Assembly: GCA_002269645.1 (NCBI GenBank)
Contig: NIVC01000070.1
Span: 62,001 to 126,000 of the forward strand
Reading direction: 5' to 3'
DNA from: Macrostomum lignano
Lineage: Eukaryota
Length of the DNA stretch: 64,000 nt
Shown: positions 51,094 through 64,000 of the stretch, piece after piece
Numbering within the stretch: the stretch's first letter is position 1
Layout of the letters: each line of letters starts with the position of its first letter
Program-made: the position numbers and the translations under genes
The notes under the pieces: model-generated
Databases searched by the model: none
Told to the model about the DNA's origin: nothing
The model's input: the letters and a program-made list of their open reading frames with translations, nothing else

Positions 51094-52735
51094 TCAGATT
51101 GCATGAGAATTGAAGTCTGATTCGCAGCCCTCCTCCCAGACGTATCTGGTCCTGTCGCCGCTTCGAGAGGTCTGAAATCATTTGAGAATTGTATTTTACT
51201 TAGCAAATATTGTATAAATATAACCTCTCAAATATTCTCTTGGAGACTTTTTGGGATCAAATCAGTATTTTTAAAAAATCATTTGAAACTCATATCGTTA
51301 CGTATACTATATGATGTGAATATTTAAACAAACTCTATTTATTTTGGCCTGATGAATATGCGCAGACATTGTCAAGACATCACAACAAAAGTTTAAACTG
51401 AAATATGTTGATAATAGAATGCGCTAGTTTCTATTTCGCATAAATATTTCTCAATAAAAGCTTCAAAAAAGTCAGAAAAAACAACCATTTTTTTCGAAAT
51501 TCTGCAAAGCGATGCGGTAGAAGTGTTAAAAATCGGATGAAGCTGCGCAATTTTTTCTCCATTTGTCTCTTTTTAGCCTAAAAGTCTGGCAAAATGACTG
51601 CATTGCAGCATGCAAGCTATGCGAGAATTACCACACAGGAAATAACATTCTATTGTAGAACTCATTCCAGCCTCTTTCAGGCTCATAATAACAAGTACAA
51701 GCAAGGTTTTTTACCTTCTGGCGATTGCGACAACGAGCAGCAAAAACGATGGCAGCCGCTATGGCAGCAATTATCACCACGGCGATTGGGACTCCAACAC
51801 TGACGGATATGAGTAACACAACTCCCATCGTTTCATGCCAACCGGATGTAGTCAGGTCTGCAGAATATTTAATTGAATGTCACTTAAAAGTGCAGTTAAA
51901 TCTGCCTAATATTTTTTCATGAACAAGCAATGATCTTTATCAACTCACTTGCAACGCTAGTGCTGACTACTTCGGTAGATTTTGTTTCGGTTGAAAAGTT
52001 CGGGCTTGTTCCGCCGTCAGATGGTAGCGTAGTAGCTTCCGGTATTGGTTCCGCATGCTCGCAACGTAGCCCTGAATTTCGGAGATTTCTTACATTAACC
52101 TAAACAATTTGACTGAAATCATGCTAATTAATTGATTACCATAAAAGCCAGGTAAGCAAGAGCAGTTAAAATATGGGTCAGCGTAAGTCAGCGTGCAGTT
52201 GCCGTCATTCAGGCACACAGGCAGCTCAGTGATGCCCTTGTCAGGCTGCAGGGTGAAGCAGTAGTCTGCGGCAACACGGCAATATGGTGCAATGTAGGGC
52301 AGCGGACAGAGGCAGGGCGGGCTGTCTGTGAAGTTGTTGCAGGTGCCACCGTTGTAGCAAACTGCGGAGCTGCATGTCGCCCGTTTCTGTCTTGAAAGTG
52401 CGCTGAACTCGTCTGCAGCTACTGAGGAAGCTGAAATACAGAGTTCAGAGTAGGACTAGGGCTTAGATAGATGTTTTGCGCACAGCAATTGACATGTATA
52501 CAATTATTGCGTGCATCTTAGCCAAGATATAGTGCCCTTCTACAACGTACATTTCCCTTTATAAGTGTGTTTTTTCGACTTTCCTTTAGCAAGAACCTCA
52601 GGCCTTTGAAATCCTTTCAGGGTACCAAAGTCACTGAGCTCTGTGTGTACGAGCCTATGTCAGTAAATACGCTCGTAACGTAATATACTTACCGACAATA
52701 AATAAGGATAGAATCAGAAGCTGATATGAGTACAT
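51094..52735 (-). CDS. EGF-EGF cluster gene g7: signal peptide, short pro-segment ending RQKR, 2 EGF, stalk, TM; tail exons uncertain
   Basis: Exons 52735-52693 (MYSYQLLILSLFIV), 52430-52140, 52071-51949, 51857-51715 (TM). The tail is either 51649-51617 (NVISCVVILA*) or 51649-51632 + 51171-51094. Confidence 0.75.
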
Positions 52736-54567
52736 TGGTGAGTAAATTTAAAGTTAGTTCAATTACGAGTAGTTATTCGACTAACTAGTTAGCAGGAATT
52801 CAGTGATGAAGAGCACAGGAACCAGGCGTTCATTAATGTAAAGGGCATGCTATTTACGAACGCATATCCCGTCTGTCTACTGCATGATAAATTTGATTGG
52901 CCCTTAGTCTGACTTCCTAACATGCAGATTTGCACTTGAACGCTTGCAGTTACTCTGCGCTTGTGCGCCCAGAAGTTGGCTTAGCTTATTATAGCTAGTT
53001 GATCAAAAATAGCCTTGCATAAGTTACGAGCTACTAAAGTTGCACACGGTCTCACAGACAATTTCTTAATTATTCATGCCCGTTGACGATTGCAAGCATT
53101 ATGCTGATGCGACTGTAAGGAAATCGGATAGAGTTTATTAATTAATATGCTGGTACTTAGTAGGCATTGCGCACTGAGTCAATGTACAGTAGTGTCCATT
53201 CAGAGTAGATTTAAAATTTTAGAATCCTGAGGAGATTCAGGGTAAGGAGCACTAGAAACTCACGTTAAGGACGACGTAATTTGTCACTTACGAATCGTGT
53301 AAATGCTTTTGAAACTGAAATTTTGCTTTGAAATGCATTAGCCTGTTTATATAGTGTAAGATTTGGCAGTCAAAATGTGCGTAAAAAGTGCGTATCCGCG
53401 CACTTTTAGGTCGTTAGATTGACTATCAAAGGCGTCCTCGGAAGCCACTCGAAGGAAGTCCTCGAAAAATATAAAAGCAAAAAATCTTCCTTTTTTGCTT
53501 TTATAGCTTGTATTTTCCTGTACTGCACAAATAAACCTGCTGTACAGAGGACCGTCGTATCCACTCGATACTCGCAAACACTCGCGTCCGCCTTCCACTT
53601 CCCTGTGGGTGTGGTGTTTACATTTTTATCAAAGAATCAAGAGACACGAACAATATACGTTGATAAGAATAGTAACAATACCATTTGGATGGAATATGAT
53701 CATAACAAAATTGAAGCCAATAAAGAGTTGTTACATGTACTTTACTATTAAAGTTCTATCAGCATGAGTTGCTTCGAACTACGGCCAGAGTATCTAGAGA
53801 CAGCTAGCCTGGTATAAAGTACCAATCTGTACTCAAAATTAGTGTTGGCAATCGAGAATGATCGATAAAATTATCATCTCAACGTCTCTCAATCGTTTCA
53901 TTGATCGCCACACTGGGGGGGGGGCAGCCCAGTATAATTTGTGGGGGAGGGGACATGACCCCCAAAGCTTTGTCCCCCACCCTACCTTATGACCCGTTAT
54001 GGAAATTTCAATAATTTTGCCTCAGGGCGCTAAAATGAGTGTCTGCGGCGCTAAAGTGAGTGTTAACAACACCGATTTCAAAAATAGTTTATTGGCTTTG
54101 TCTTCCCACCATAAAATCTATGGCGACGCCCCTGATCGTCAATCAGAGGAAGTGTACGGTAGAGAATGCATGATAGACCATAAGGTGGCACTGGGGTGGC
54201 TCTGGGTGACGAATATGATTTATGGGACATGCCAAGGGCCACGGCAGATACAACGGGAGTTAAGAAAACGCGATGGGTAGGAGTTGGAGTGCAATGCCCG
54301 GCTCACCTGATATTGAGGGGGAGGGCCAAAGATTGTACCCGGGCACAACAATACCTTTTGACTGACAATATGACAGGAGTAGGAGGCCAGAGTATTGAGT
54401 GATAGATTTCTCTGATCTGAGACCCGATAGCCAAAGTGTTTTAATACCGAACCGGTCATAAAACAATTATCTATTTTCCAAATCGATCCCTACAAATCCC
54501 TGGCCGCCTGGTGAGTCTTCAATGCATTGCTTTTACCTATGTACATGCGGCTGCAATACTTCAAATT

Positions 54568-55688
54568 TGACTGACTTGAGTGACTGACTGACTGACTGAC
54601 TGACTGACTGACTGACTGACTGACTGACTGACTGACTGACTGACTCACTCACTGACTGACTGATTGACTGACTGACTTGAGTGACTGACTGACTGACTGA
54701 CTGACTGACTGACTGACTGACTGACTGACTGACTGACTGACTGACTGACTGACTGACTGACTGACTCACTCACTGACTGACTGACTGACTCACTGACTGA
54801 CTGACTGACTGACTGACTGACTGACTGACTTGAGTGAGTGTGTGACTGACTGACTGACTGACTGACTGACTGACTGACTGACTGACTGACTGACTTGAGT
54901 GAGTGGGTGACTGACTGACTGACTGACTGACTGACTGACTGACTGACTGACTGACTGACTGACTGACTGACTGACTGACTGACTGACTGACTGACTGACT
55001 GACTGACTTGAGTGAGTGGGTGACTGACTGACTGACTGACTGACTGACTGACTGACTGACTGACTGACTGACTGACTGACTGACTGACTGACTGACTGAC
55101 TGACTGACTGACTGACTGACTGACTGACTGACTGACTGACTGACTGACTGACTGACTGACTGACTCACTCACTGACTGACTGATTGACTGACTGACTTGA
55201 GTGACTGACTGAGTGACTGACTGACTGACTGACTGACTGACTGACTGACTGACTGACTGACTGACTGACTGACTGACTCACTCACTGACTGACTGACTGA
55301 CTCACTGACTGACTGACTGACTGACTGACTGACTGACTGACTTGAGTGAGTGTGTGACTGACTGACTGACTGACTGACTGACTGACTGACTGACTGACTG
55401 ACTGACTTGAGTGAGTGGGTGACTGACTGACTGACTGACTGACTGACTGACTGACTGACTGACTGACTGACTGACTGACTGACTGACTGACTGACTGACT
55501 GACTGACTGACTGACTGACTTGAGTGAGTGGGTGACTGACTGACTGACTGACTGACTGACTGACTGACTGACTGACTGACTGACTGACTGACTGACTGAC
55601 TGACTGACTGACTGACTGACTGACTGACTGACTGACTGACTGACTGACTGACTGACTGACTGACTGACTGACTGACTGGCTGACTGAC
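54568..55688. repeat. (GACT)n microsatellite, about 1.1 kb, with internally duplicated blocks
   Basis: Direct. Confidence 0.99.
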
Positions 55689-56319
55689 GCCGCTAGACGA
55701 GCGCTGAAGAAGAAGAAGAAGAAGAATAGAACTATCATATACAAGTATTCAGCGCATTTACAAGGAAATTATTTAAAAATGTATTAACTTAATCGGAGAT
55801 TTCAGTTTACAAACGAAGAAATTGCTGCTAAAGCTCACAAGCCATGGAAAACAAAATTAAAACAGAAAGCTAATACAGTAGAGATGCAATACAAAGATAT
55901 ATTGAAAGTAAGTGAGCTCGCATATTTTGAGTCTTTAGTTTCAGACATTAGGGTATGAAGTTTTACTTGACTAGCTTTATTGTTAAAGGATATCCTTGTT
56001 TTGTAAAGCAAAGCCGAGAAATCAGACATATAAGTTTTATAAAGTTAAGATAAGCATTTATACGGGCCGTAGAATAGGAATTCTGTCAATCAAATCAATG
56101 TTATTGCTCAACGGGGGCTGTAAAATTTTGATTTTGAGTGAATGTGAACTATGAGCAGTAAAAGCAAAAACCATTTGCATCTAATTTTTCAGTTAGCTCG
56201 TAGCATATTATTTTTCACACCAACTGGAAAGGCAACTTTTGAGGCCAGTCTGCACAATAGGGTGGAGGTACGCCTGCCTCTGCTCAAGGCGTGGGATGCA
56301 TTGGCTTCCTTCTCTACTC

Positions 56320-56679
56320 TTTTTTATTAGAGGCAGGGGGGTTGTGTGCACCCTGGCGCACTTTAAGCGACATAGGCACACAACCGGCGAGAGGCATTAC
56401 TGCCCATTCTGCCGACTCCCCTGAGCAGGCATACAAGCGCGCGGATACGTACGCAGGCACACACTCACACAGGAGTGTACAGCGGCCCTAACTTTATTTT
56501 ATCGTTAGGCATGTACACTTCACTGCGCCTTGGGGGTTGGCTCTCAAGGCCGTTAATTGCACGAGCAGAGCCAAGCCGAGATTCCAATTCAGCCCCAAAT
56601 TAATGTGACTGCACTTGGAATCGAGCCTGGGTCTCTGGCACACCAGAGCAGCTGCGCTACCGCTGGGCTACGGCCCCCC
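56320..56679 (-). mobile_element. tRNA-derived SINE family B, full-length young copy
   Basis: A-box TAGCCCAGCGG, B-box GGCTCGATTCC, AATAAA/A tail, 14-bp TSD ttccttctctactc (56306-56319 and 56680-56693). Confidence 0.9.
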
Positions 56680-56767
56680 TTCCTTCTCTACTCAGAAGCC
56701 TTCCGTCGCTACTCTCGATCTAGTTTTTTCTCTGAGCGCATCGGTCATGCCACTTTAGCTCTCGGCC

Positions 56768-57328
56768 CAGTGGCGTAGCCAGGGGGGGGGCGGGGGGGGG
56801 GGGGCGCGGCCCTCCCCCCCCAATCGCTTGCGTGGTGGGGTTGGGCGCGGCGGGTACCAAAAACCATGAGGCAAATGAGAGCCTGCGGCGCTAAAATGAG
56901 TGCCTGCGGTGCTAAAATGAGTGCCTGTGGCGCTAAAATGAGTACCTGCGGCGCTAAAATGAGTGCCTGCGGTGCCAAAATGAGTGCCTGTGGCGCTAAA
57001 ATGAGTACCTGCGGCGCTAAAATGAGTGCCTGCGGTGCCAAAATGAGTGCGTGCGGCGCTAAAGTGAGTGCCTTCGGCGCTAAAATGAGTGCCTGTGGCG
57101 CTAAAATGAGTGCCTGCGGCGCTAAAATGAGTGCCTATGGCTTTAAAATGAGTGCCTATGGCTTTAAAATGAGTGCCTGCGGTGCCAAAATGAGTGCGTG
57201 CGGCGCTAAAGTGAGTGCCTTCGGCGCTAAAATGAGTGCCTGCGGCGCCAAAAGTGGCAATGGCATGAGGCATGGCCAGCCAGGCCAACCCGCCCCCCCC
57301 CCAATTGAAATTCCTGGCTACGCCACTG
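56768..57328. mobile_element. Non-autonomous TIR element (hAT-like termini) carrying a 21-bp minisatellite
   Basis: Perfect 16-bp TIR CAGTGGCGTAGCCAGG; internal (tgcctgcggcgctaaaatgag)n; no clean 8-bp TSD. Confidence 0.75.
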
Positions 57329-57399
57329 GCTCTAGCTAACAGCACCAAGCACATCTTCTGGCCAACATCATCTGCAACTGAGAACTTACTTATACGACT

Positions 57400-59820
57400 A
57401 GCTAAATGCTCTGCTTGACCAGCTGGCCTCCCAGGGTCTCATCGTTGTCACCGACGACTAATACCAACGAACTAATTCTCACGAACTGATTGCGGCAATT
57501 ACCTGCCTTTGCCAACGCCTCAGTGTTTTACCAACTTTTCATGACCCAAATGCCTCGACTGGATTCTCTGCCGAATATCGCAGAGAGTTCGTCTCCGGGC
57601 CATTCGTATCATCACCCTGAAATGCATCCCATCCAACTACATTATCATGTGCTTTAGACTAGACATATTTGCTTCTATCGTTTCAGAAAGCCGGAAAGTC
57701 CCCTGCCCCACTTGGGTGCACTTAACAACTCTGAAATCAGATCGAAATTCCTGCAACAACTTAAGGACTCAGAACTCCGTATTGACAGCAGCTACGACAG
57801 TTTCTCTGCAACAGTCACTTCGCTTCGCTCTAAAGACAACCGCAGCAATTTGGTGCACACTGAAACTCTCACCCGGACACTCTCTCTCACATAACTTGGA
57901 TAATCCACATAACTCATTCTCGGATAACCCTCGGATAACTCACATAACCCGGACACTCTCTTACTCTCTCTCGCTGTAGTTGCCCGGAGGGCGCTGCAAA
58001 CTGCCCACCATCCATGCTGCTGAGCTGTCTACTCAAAAAGCTGTGACGAAGATCTATGAGGCTGCTACTGACAACTGCCGTCATGCTGCGGCCTGGCGCG
58101 CTATCAACCGCTTCACTGGACGGCGAGCCACGCCGAATGCTATCATCAACGCTGATTCGATCGAGCACCGCCTACAGCTGATTGTGGGCCACTTCCATCT
58201 TGTGCTCAGCTCCCAGCGATGCTGTTTGCAATGCCAAAGCTGCCTGCCCATCCGACTTCATTTGCGCTCCGATCTCCATCGATAAAGTCTCTAAAGTCCT
58301 AAGGACCATGCGGACTGATGGGGGCCGTAGCCCAGCGGTCTAGCGCAGGCTCTTCTGGTGTGCCAGAGACCCAGGCTCGATTCCAAGTGCAGTCACATTA
58401 ATTTGGGGCTGAATTGGAATCTCGGCTTGGCTCTGCTCGTGCAATTAACGGCCTTGAGAGCCAACCCTCCAAGGCGCAGTGAAGTGTACATGCCTAACGA
58501 TAATATAAAGTTAGGGCCGCTGTACACTCCTGTGTGAGTGTGTGCCTGCGTACGTATCCGCGCGCTTGTATGCCTGCTCAGGGGAGTCGGCGGAATGGGC
58601 AGTAATGCCTCTCGCCGGTTGTGTGCCTATGTCGCTTAAAGTGCACCAGGGTGCACACAGCCCTCCTGCCTCTAATAAATAGTAATAATGCGGACTGATG
58701 TAGCAGCGTGAATCGATGACATCCCGCCGCGTGTCCTGAAGATGCTCGAGATGCTGCCTGTCATTACCGGAATCCTACTGCTACTAGCGGAGTCGGGACT
58801 CAACTGATACTAGAGAACATTTAAGAGCATATAGGCCATTCCCAAGAAGAGCAACTCCAGCGGCATCGAAAACTTGCGTGGCATACCTGGCCAAAGTCCT
58901 CAATACCATTCTTCGAAATCGCATTCAGCCCATTATCAACCAGAGGTTCGCAACATCTAGAGTGGCTTCAGACCTAAACGGTCAACAGCAGAACAAGTCG
59001 CTGCGATTCGGTTCATCATTGACACCTGCGAGACTCGCCTAAAGGCGATGTCAATTGTCTTTGTAAATTTCTGCGAAGCTTTCGACTCCGTCAGCCCGGC
59101 GGCCATTGCGTGGCTCCTGCAGCAGCACGGAGTTCCTCAGCTGCTGATTCAGGTGGTTATGGACATCTACAACTCGTCAAAGACTTTTGTCTAGACTTTC
59201 CACAACCCTACAGAGCTGAATTTGCCACCACCTCCGGGGTCTTGCGAGACGACGTCTTATTCTCCTTTGTATTGGTCATCCGGATCGACTACATGTACGT
59301 CATGCGGATGGATCTGTGAGACGAAGACGGCTATGAAGTGGTGCCTCGCTGCAGCTCCCGCTTTCACTGTGACAAGTTGACCTGCTTCGCCTACGCCGAC
59401 AACCTGGCGCTTACCTGTTGCAGCCCCGAAGCTGCGCAAAGAGCGGTGAGCCAGCTGGCTGACGAGGGGAAGCGCGTGGTTCTCTACATCAACTACGGCA
59501 AGACAGGGTGCTGCATCTTGGCATTTTCAACCCTTTTCACTGCTTTTTCTATCGAACGGCAGCACCAAAGCCCCATGCAACCAGTTCAAGTGTCTGGGCG
59601 TCCTGATCACTGACCCGGATGCCATTGTCAACAACCGCAAGCAGCTGGCGTGGTAGGCCTCCCACCTTTTTCGCTCCATTTTCAACTACCGGCTCGCCAC
59701 CGACAGTTTGAAGGTTGCACTATTCCGCTCGGCAGTTGAGACGGTGCTGACCTACGGGCTGGAAGCTATTCCCATGACTGCCAGTCGTGAGGCGAGCTTG
59801 AAGGCCTGCCATCGCAACAT
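57400..59820 (+). mobile_element. Degenerate non-LTR retrotransposon (RTE-like RT) interrupted by a SINE
   Basis: Broken frames give RT motifs: SGFRPKRSTAEQV, FVNF..AFDSV, TSGVL.DVL, FAYADNLAL, LFRSAVETVLTYG; many stops and frameshifts. Confidence 0.85.
58321..58687 (+). mobile_element. tRNA-derived SINE family B, full-length young copy inserted in the LINE remnant
   Basis: Near-identical to the reverse complement of 56320-56679; 13-bp TSD atgcggactgatg (58308-58320 and 58688-58700). Confidence 0.92.
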
Positions 59821-61230
59821 TGCAAGCATCATACTTCATATCGCCTAAATTCATTACGTCTAAACTAAAAAATGCTGTCTCCCCTCACATTACCCAAATT
59901 TTAAATCGCCTAAATTTTACAACACCAAAACCTCTGAACGCTCCTTTCACATGCACTTTTAAGCGTTGGGAAAATGGAAAATTGGGAAGGAGCTAGTGTG
60001 CAAATATTTTACACGTTGTGAAGTTTAGGTCTTATATAGGTCTTATGAAAGCATCTCTTTCAAATAAGCAAAAAATACAGAAGACGACAGGCATTCTTTA
60101 CTGTTTCCAAAAAGACACTTCTCTTTGTCATTCTTTCTTGATTTGTTATGTTGAACAGGAAATTTCTGTATCTTTTGAGTAAACATTAAAATGTTCTTGA
60201 AGCTATTTCCACTTTAATTTTCGGAACACTCAAACAAATAACGGAGTAAATAGGACGCAATAATAAATAAAAAGCACGGCAAACAAGAATAAAATTAGCA
60301 ACAAACAGTTTGTTTCTCTATAGCTGCATGTACTTAATATATACTTTTAGTTGTTGGTAGTGAAATTTCACGTAAGTTAATAAAGAAAACACCAAAGCCT
60401 CAAAACATTTAAAGCAACTTCAAATTAAATAAAAAGTCCAGTAACCTGTGAGAAAGATAAAATTCTGAATATCTAAAAATTATAAAATATTTCACGCAGG
60501 AATTTACACAGAATTGATTATATAGAGAATACAAAAATAAAGTTTGAAAACTGACAATATATACGAGTATAATACCGGGCGATGACCTTAAAATTAAGGA
60601 TAATAATATTGTTACGAATTGCTATGAAAGAGTGGGAGAAGGATTTAAGGGCAGAAAAAAAACTGGTTAAAACTATATTTTCTACTCAATAGTAAAAAAT
60701 TCTGGATAACTATCAAAAATTTGATGAGAATTTTAAGCAGGAGTTTTTACACAGAATCGATCATATATAGCTAGTGAATACAAAACGTAAACCTGACGAC
60801 TTATAACTGGAGGATGACTTTATAATTTTTATAAAAGGGTGGGAGGTCTGGAGGATGTAAGAACACACAAAAATGAAAACAATTTTTTACTCTAGAGTAT
60901 TAGTGACGCGGACGCCTCAATCATCTGTTGAAGCTAGTCTTTTCAAGTTTCCAAGCGGATGAGTAAGATTCAAATGTTTCAATATTACGAGTAGCTATAG
61001 GCGCTATAGAATTCTACTGAGAAACTAGCTAAATTAAGTGTTCCCTTAACTTGGTCGAAAACTTTAAGCTGTAGCTCCGATGGCAGAATATTTATTTCTA
61101 TCCAACAAACAGATAAAATTAACTGCCGTTTTGAAGCACCGTAATTCTTGCAAACCTTGCAGACTAAAAGTAAAAAACGTATCCGTGCTTTAGTTTAAAC
61201 AGTCCAAACAACCCCAGTGATGCATATTAC

Positions 61231-62659
61231 TTAAGACGCAGCAAATCTACTGCGCTGTGCTCCTTGCGGCTTCATGCCAATATAGTCGTAGTCGTCCTCG
61301 TCGGGATTATTCTGTGCAGCGCTGTCGGCTTCTAGATAGCAGTCATCTTCATTCTGGAAAAATGATAATTACGATTTTCAGAGCGCCGTTGTCAACTAAA
61401 TCCAATCGAGATACAACAAGTAGGAAATATATTTTTGATAGTTACATCTCCTGCTGCCGTTGTCGGTGCATATGGACCAACGCAGCCCTTCAATTGAAAA
61501 AAACATATTCAAAATAATTACTCGTAAGTTAACATCAAGAAACTTTTATTCACAAAATTGTAAGGGAGAAAGTGCATAGCTCTCTAATCACTGTAAATTT
61601 TTTACCTCAGTATAGTAGTTTGTTTGAGTTGTGGGTTGCTTCAGATTCTGGCGATACTGAAATGATCAATTTATCAGTAATGGAAAAAAGGTAAAAAAAA
61701 TGATTTTACCACCAAGCTCGAAAAACCAATTTATAATGCGCAAATAAAACCTTGTAGATGACAGTTCCAACTATTGCAACAGAAACTGCAATTACAGCCG
61801 AGGGAACACCGATTGCTAAGGCGAGAATATAAATCGGAAGAGATTCTTTCGGTTCTGAAAAAAAATATAAATGAATCAATTTGTGTGATTTTGTAAAGAA
61901 ATTTACTTACTGCCCTGTTAACAAATAGCTCGTATATGTAGCACGTATCAAATAATTAATACCCGATGTACGAGCTAAAAGCGTGGATCTAGGCAAACGT
62001 TCAAATATTTTCATTTCTATCAAGTTTGTCTGAAATGATCGCCTACCTGTTTGTGAAAGTTTGCCAGTTGTTGTCGACTCCGGAGCAAAGCTGGTATCTG
62101 ATACGATTTTTGTAGTTGCTGGCGAACTTGGGCTGCTGACAACAGCGCGTGCTGTGCTTGATGAAGTCTGTTTCGAGCTGGTTGTGGCCGGTTCTGCGGA
62201 TATTTCAATAGCATTAGTTACATGACGATTGAGTAGTACATCGTAGCACTTACTATATCTCAGAGAAAGAACATTAAGCAAAGCATTTTAACGCACCAAC
62301 ACTATCACCAACGCTGTACTGCAACCGAAAACCAAGTCCGTTCGTATTATTTCCTGCAACATTTCCAGTTATAAAAACTACTGTCAAGATGTTCGACAAA
62401 GTCACAAACTTTTTCGGCCATGTGGAGGCGCCACCTCGAATTGTGACTAATGTGATGTCGTCTGACCCTTTGTAAAAAGCAATAGAGTCATAGTTGGACG
62501 TCAAGTTCAAGTAGATCAAGTTGGCTGAGATTTGAATTCCAGGTTTACCGACAAACTGCCATTTGCATGACACTCCGCTTATGTAAGGCAATGCACCTGC
62601 ATCTTGGTGGCTGCTGATCTCACCGCTTCCACCAGTTATCAGCTTGTATTTTTCGCAAA
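61231..62659 (-). CDS. CUB-domain type I membrane protein (CUB, S/T stalk, TM, Tyr-rich acidic tail); 5' exons not resolved
   Basis: Exons 62659-62297 (CUB: C..ITGGSGEISS...PY.....CKWQF...YDSI.FY.G...LTVVF.T.....GF.LQY), 62193-62047, 61854-61751 (TM), 61656-61606, 61487-61446, 61353-61231 (...DEDDYDYIGMKP...*); phases consistent. Confidence 0.85.
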
Positions 62660-64000
62660 CTGAAGTAAATTTACAAAGCATGTCATCTTTGAACTGAACA
62701 GTACAATCTCTATGGTAAATGTTTGTACAGTATTTTCCCGCTTTCGTCTATGCGAACTGCACACTGACTATGCAAATGCGGGGTGATCGGGGTCGGGGTA
62801 CTGGACTGCCCAGAGCTTGCCGAGTGGGATAGGTGTGAGAGCCGTGACCCCGGAGGCGTAAATACATTCCGACGCGGAAGTGAGTGGGCTGGCACGGACA
62901 CTCGTACAGCCCTACGACAAGAAGATTTAGCGTCAATTAATAGTACTCTGCAAAATTGCACGTTGTTTGACCGTTCGACAGAAACCATTAACGGAATTGT
63001 ACACTTTTTATTATCAAAGAGTAAACTTCCTTTCTGCAAAGAACAGATAAATGTTTACTACTGCTAAATATTTCAAATACACTTGTAATGCCTTGATTAA
63101 TCGAGAACACAAGGACTACAAGGGAGGTGCGGATGATGAGATAGCGAGCAGGTAGCCACTCAGTAGCATCAGAGAGGTGGACACAGGTGTGAAGGCGTGT
63201 ACAGACACTTTGCATGCCCGAGTGAAGACTGCGACGGGAGAAAATAATTTAGGAGATAGAAAAAATAAATGTAGAGTATAACGCTTTGAATTACCGGTAG
63301 GGGTTATTCGCTGAGCTCATGATTTCGCTGATTTCGTTTCGCTTCGATATTTCTGTTAAATATTTAACTTTAGGGACAAACAAGCACGCAAAAGGTTAGA
63401 GTGGTAAAGAGAGCGGTTATGGCGAGAGCACGGCTACGGCCGGGCGCGCACATATATGCTGCCCCAGTTGGAATGAGAGCATGGAGCTGGGTGGGGCTAG
63501 GGCACGCAGAGAAAGAAGGAAGAATCAGGTGCCTTCGCGGCTTGTGATTTGATTGGACGAGCCCAAACGAGAGAAAAACCGAAAGGGGACAGCCAATGAA
63601 AATACAACGAGAGAACTAAAATGAAAACAACAATTGCAGCTTTAAGATGATGGACAGACCAGAATGACCAAGCGGCAGTGAGAGAAGCGGCAGGCACAGC
63701 TTACAACACACGTTCATGTACGAGTGTAAGTACGCTCGTACGTTTAAATATGCTCGTAGACACATTTTAGCAGATCCCAATGTACACAAAACTCACAGGT
63801 ATCTGAAGCTTCGTATTTCATCTTGATTCCGAGTGATCGACTACTACTGTGCGGAATGTATAGACGCACGGTTAAGACGTTTTCTGTCGTTATGAAATCC
63901 CGCGTTGTGTCCGAGAAGCTGCTCGATAAGGTGGCCAGAACTGTTGAACCATAGGCTCCGTCATACAGAGTGACGCTTTCATAGCGGGAAGTAATGTTAA

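Noticed and set aside
53419-53751. 110-aa plus-strand ORF with a hydrophobic stretch
   Set aside because: AT-rich, no recognisable domain or exon structure.
61905-61925. Apparent 4-nt microexon (cag|GGCA|gtaagt) in the CUB gene
   Set aside because: Flanking exons already join in phase 1; inclusion would break the frame.
62710-62915. Candidate upstream exon of the CUB gene containing RRKR
   Set aside because: An in-frame TAG precedes RRKR and no clear donor fits; left unresolved.

Overview
Eukaryotic (animal) genomic DNA with GT-AG introns and many repeats. The myosin N-terminus (DPxDPDFKYLGVDRKALLKE) is flatworm-like, and the GC-rich codons, short introns and abundant minisatellites suggest a free-living flatworm such as Macrostomum (inference only). 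Contents: (1) a striated-muscle-type myosin heavy chain gene on the minus strand, 20 coding exons and about 1939 codons, whose 3' end runs into a 74-bp repeat containing splice sites; (2) a minus-strand tandem cluster of seven paralogous genes (about 19.8-52.7 kb), each encoding signal peptide + EGF-EGF + variable stalk + membrane anchor, with a nearly invariant EGF exon and unrelated stalks, anchors and tails; (3) a CUB-mucin-TM gene with a Tyr-rich tail (5' end not resolved); (4) nested mobile elements: a young Mag-like Ty3/Gypsy element inside a deleted Tc1/IS630-type element, a 6.3-kb CMC/EnSpm-like non-autonomous element splitting a tRNA-CORE SINE, a second young tRNA-SINE family, MITEs and decayed LINEs; (5) many micro- and minisatellites. 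All gene models were assembled by hand from splice sites and phases and need RNA-seq confirmation. No CRISPR array, rRNA or intact tRNA gene was seen.
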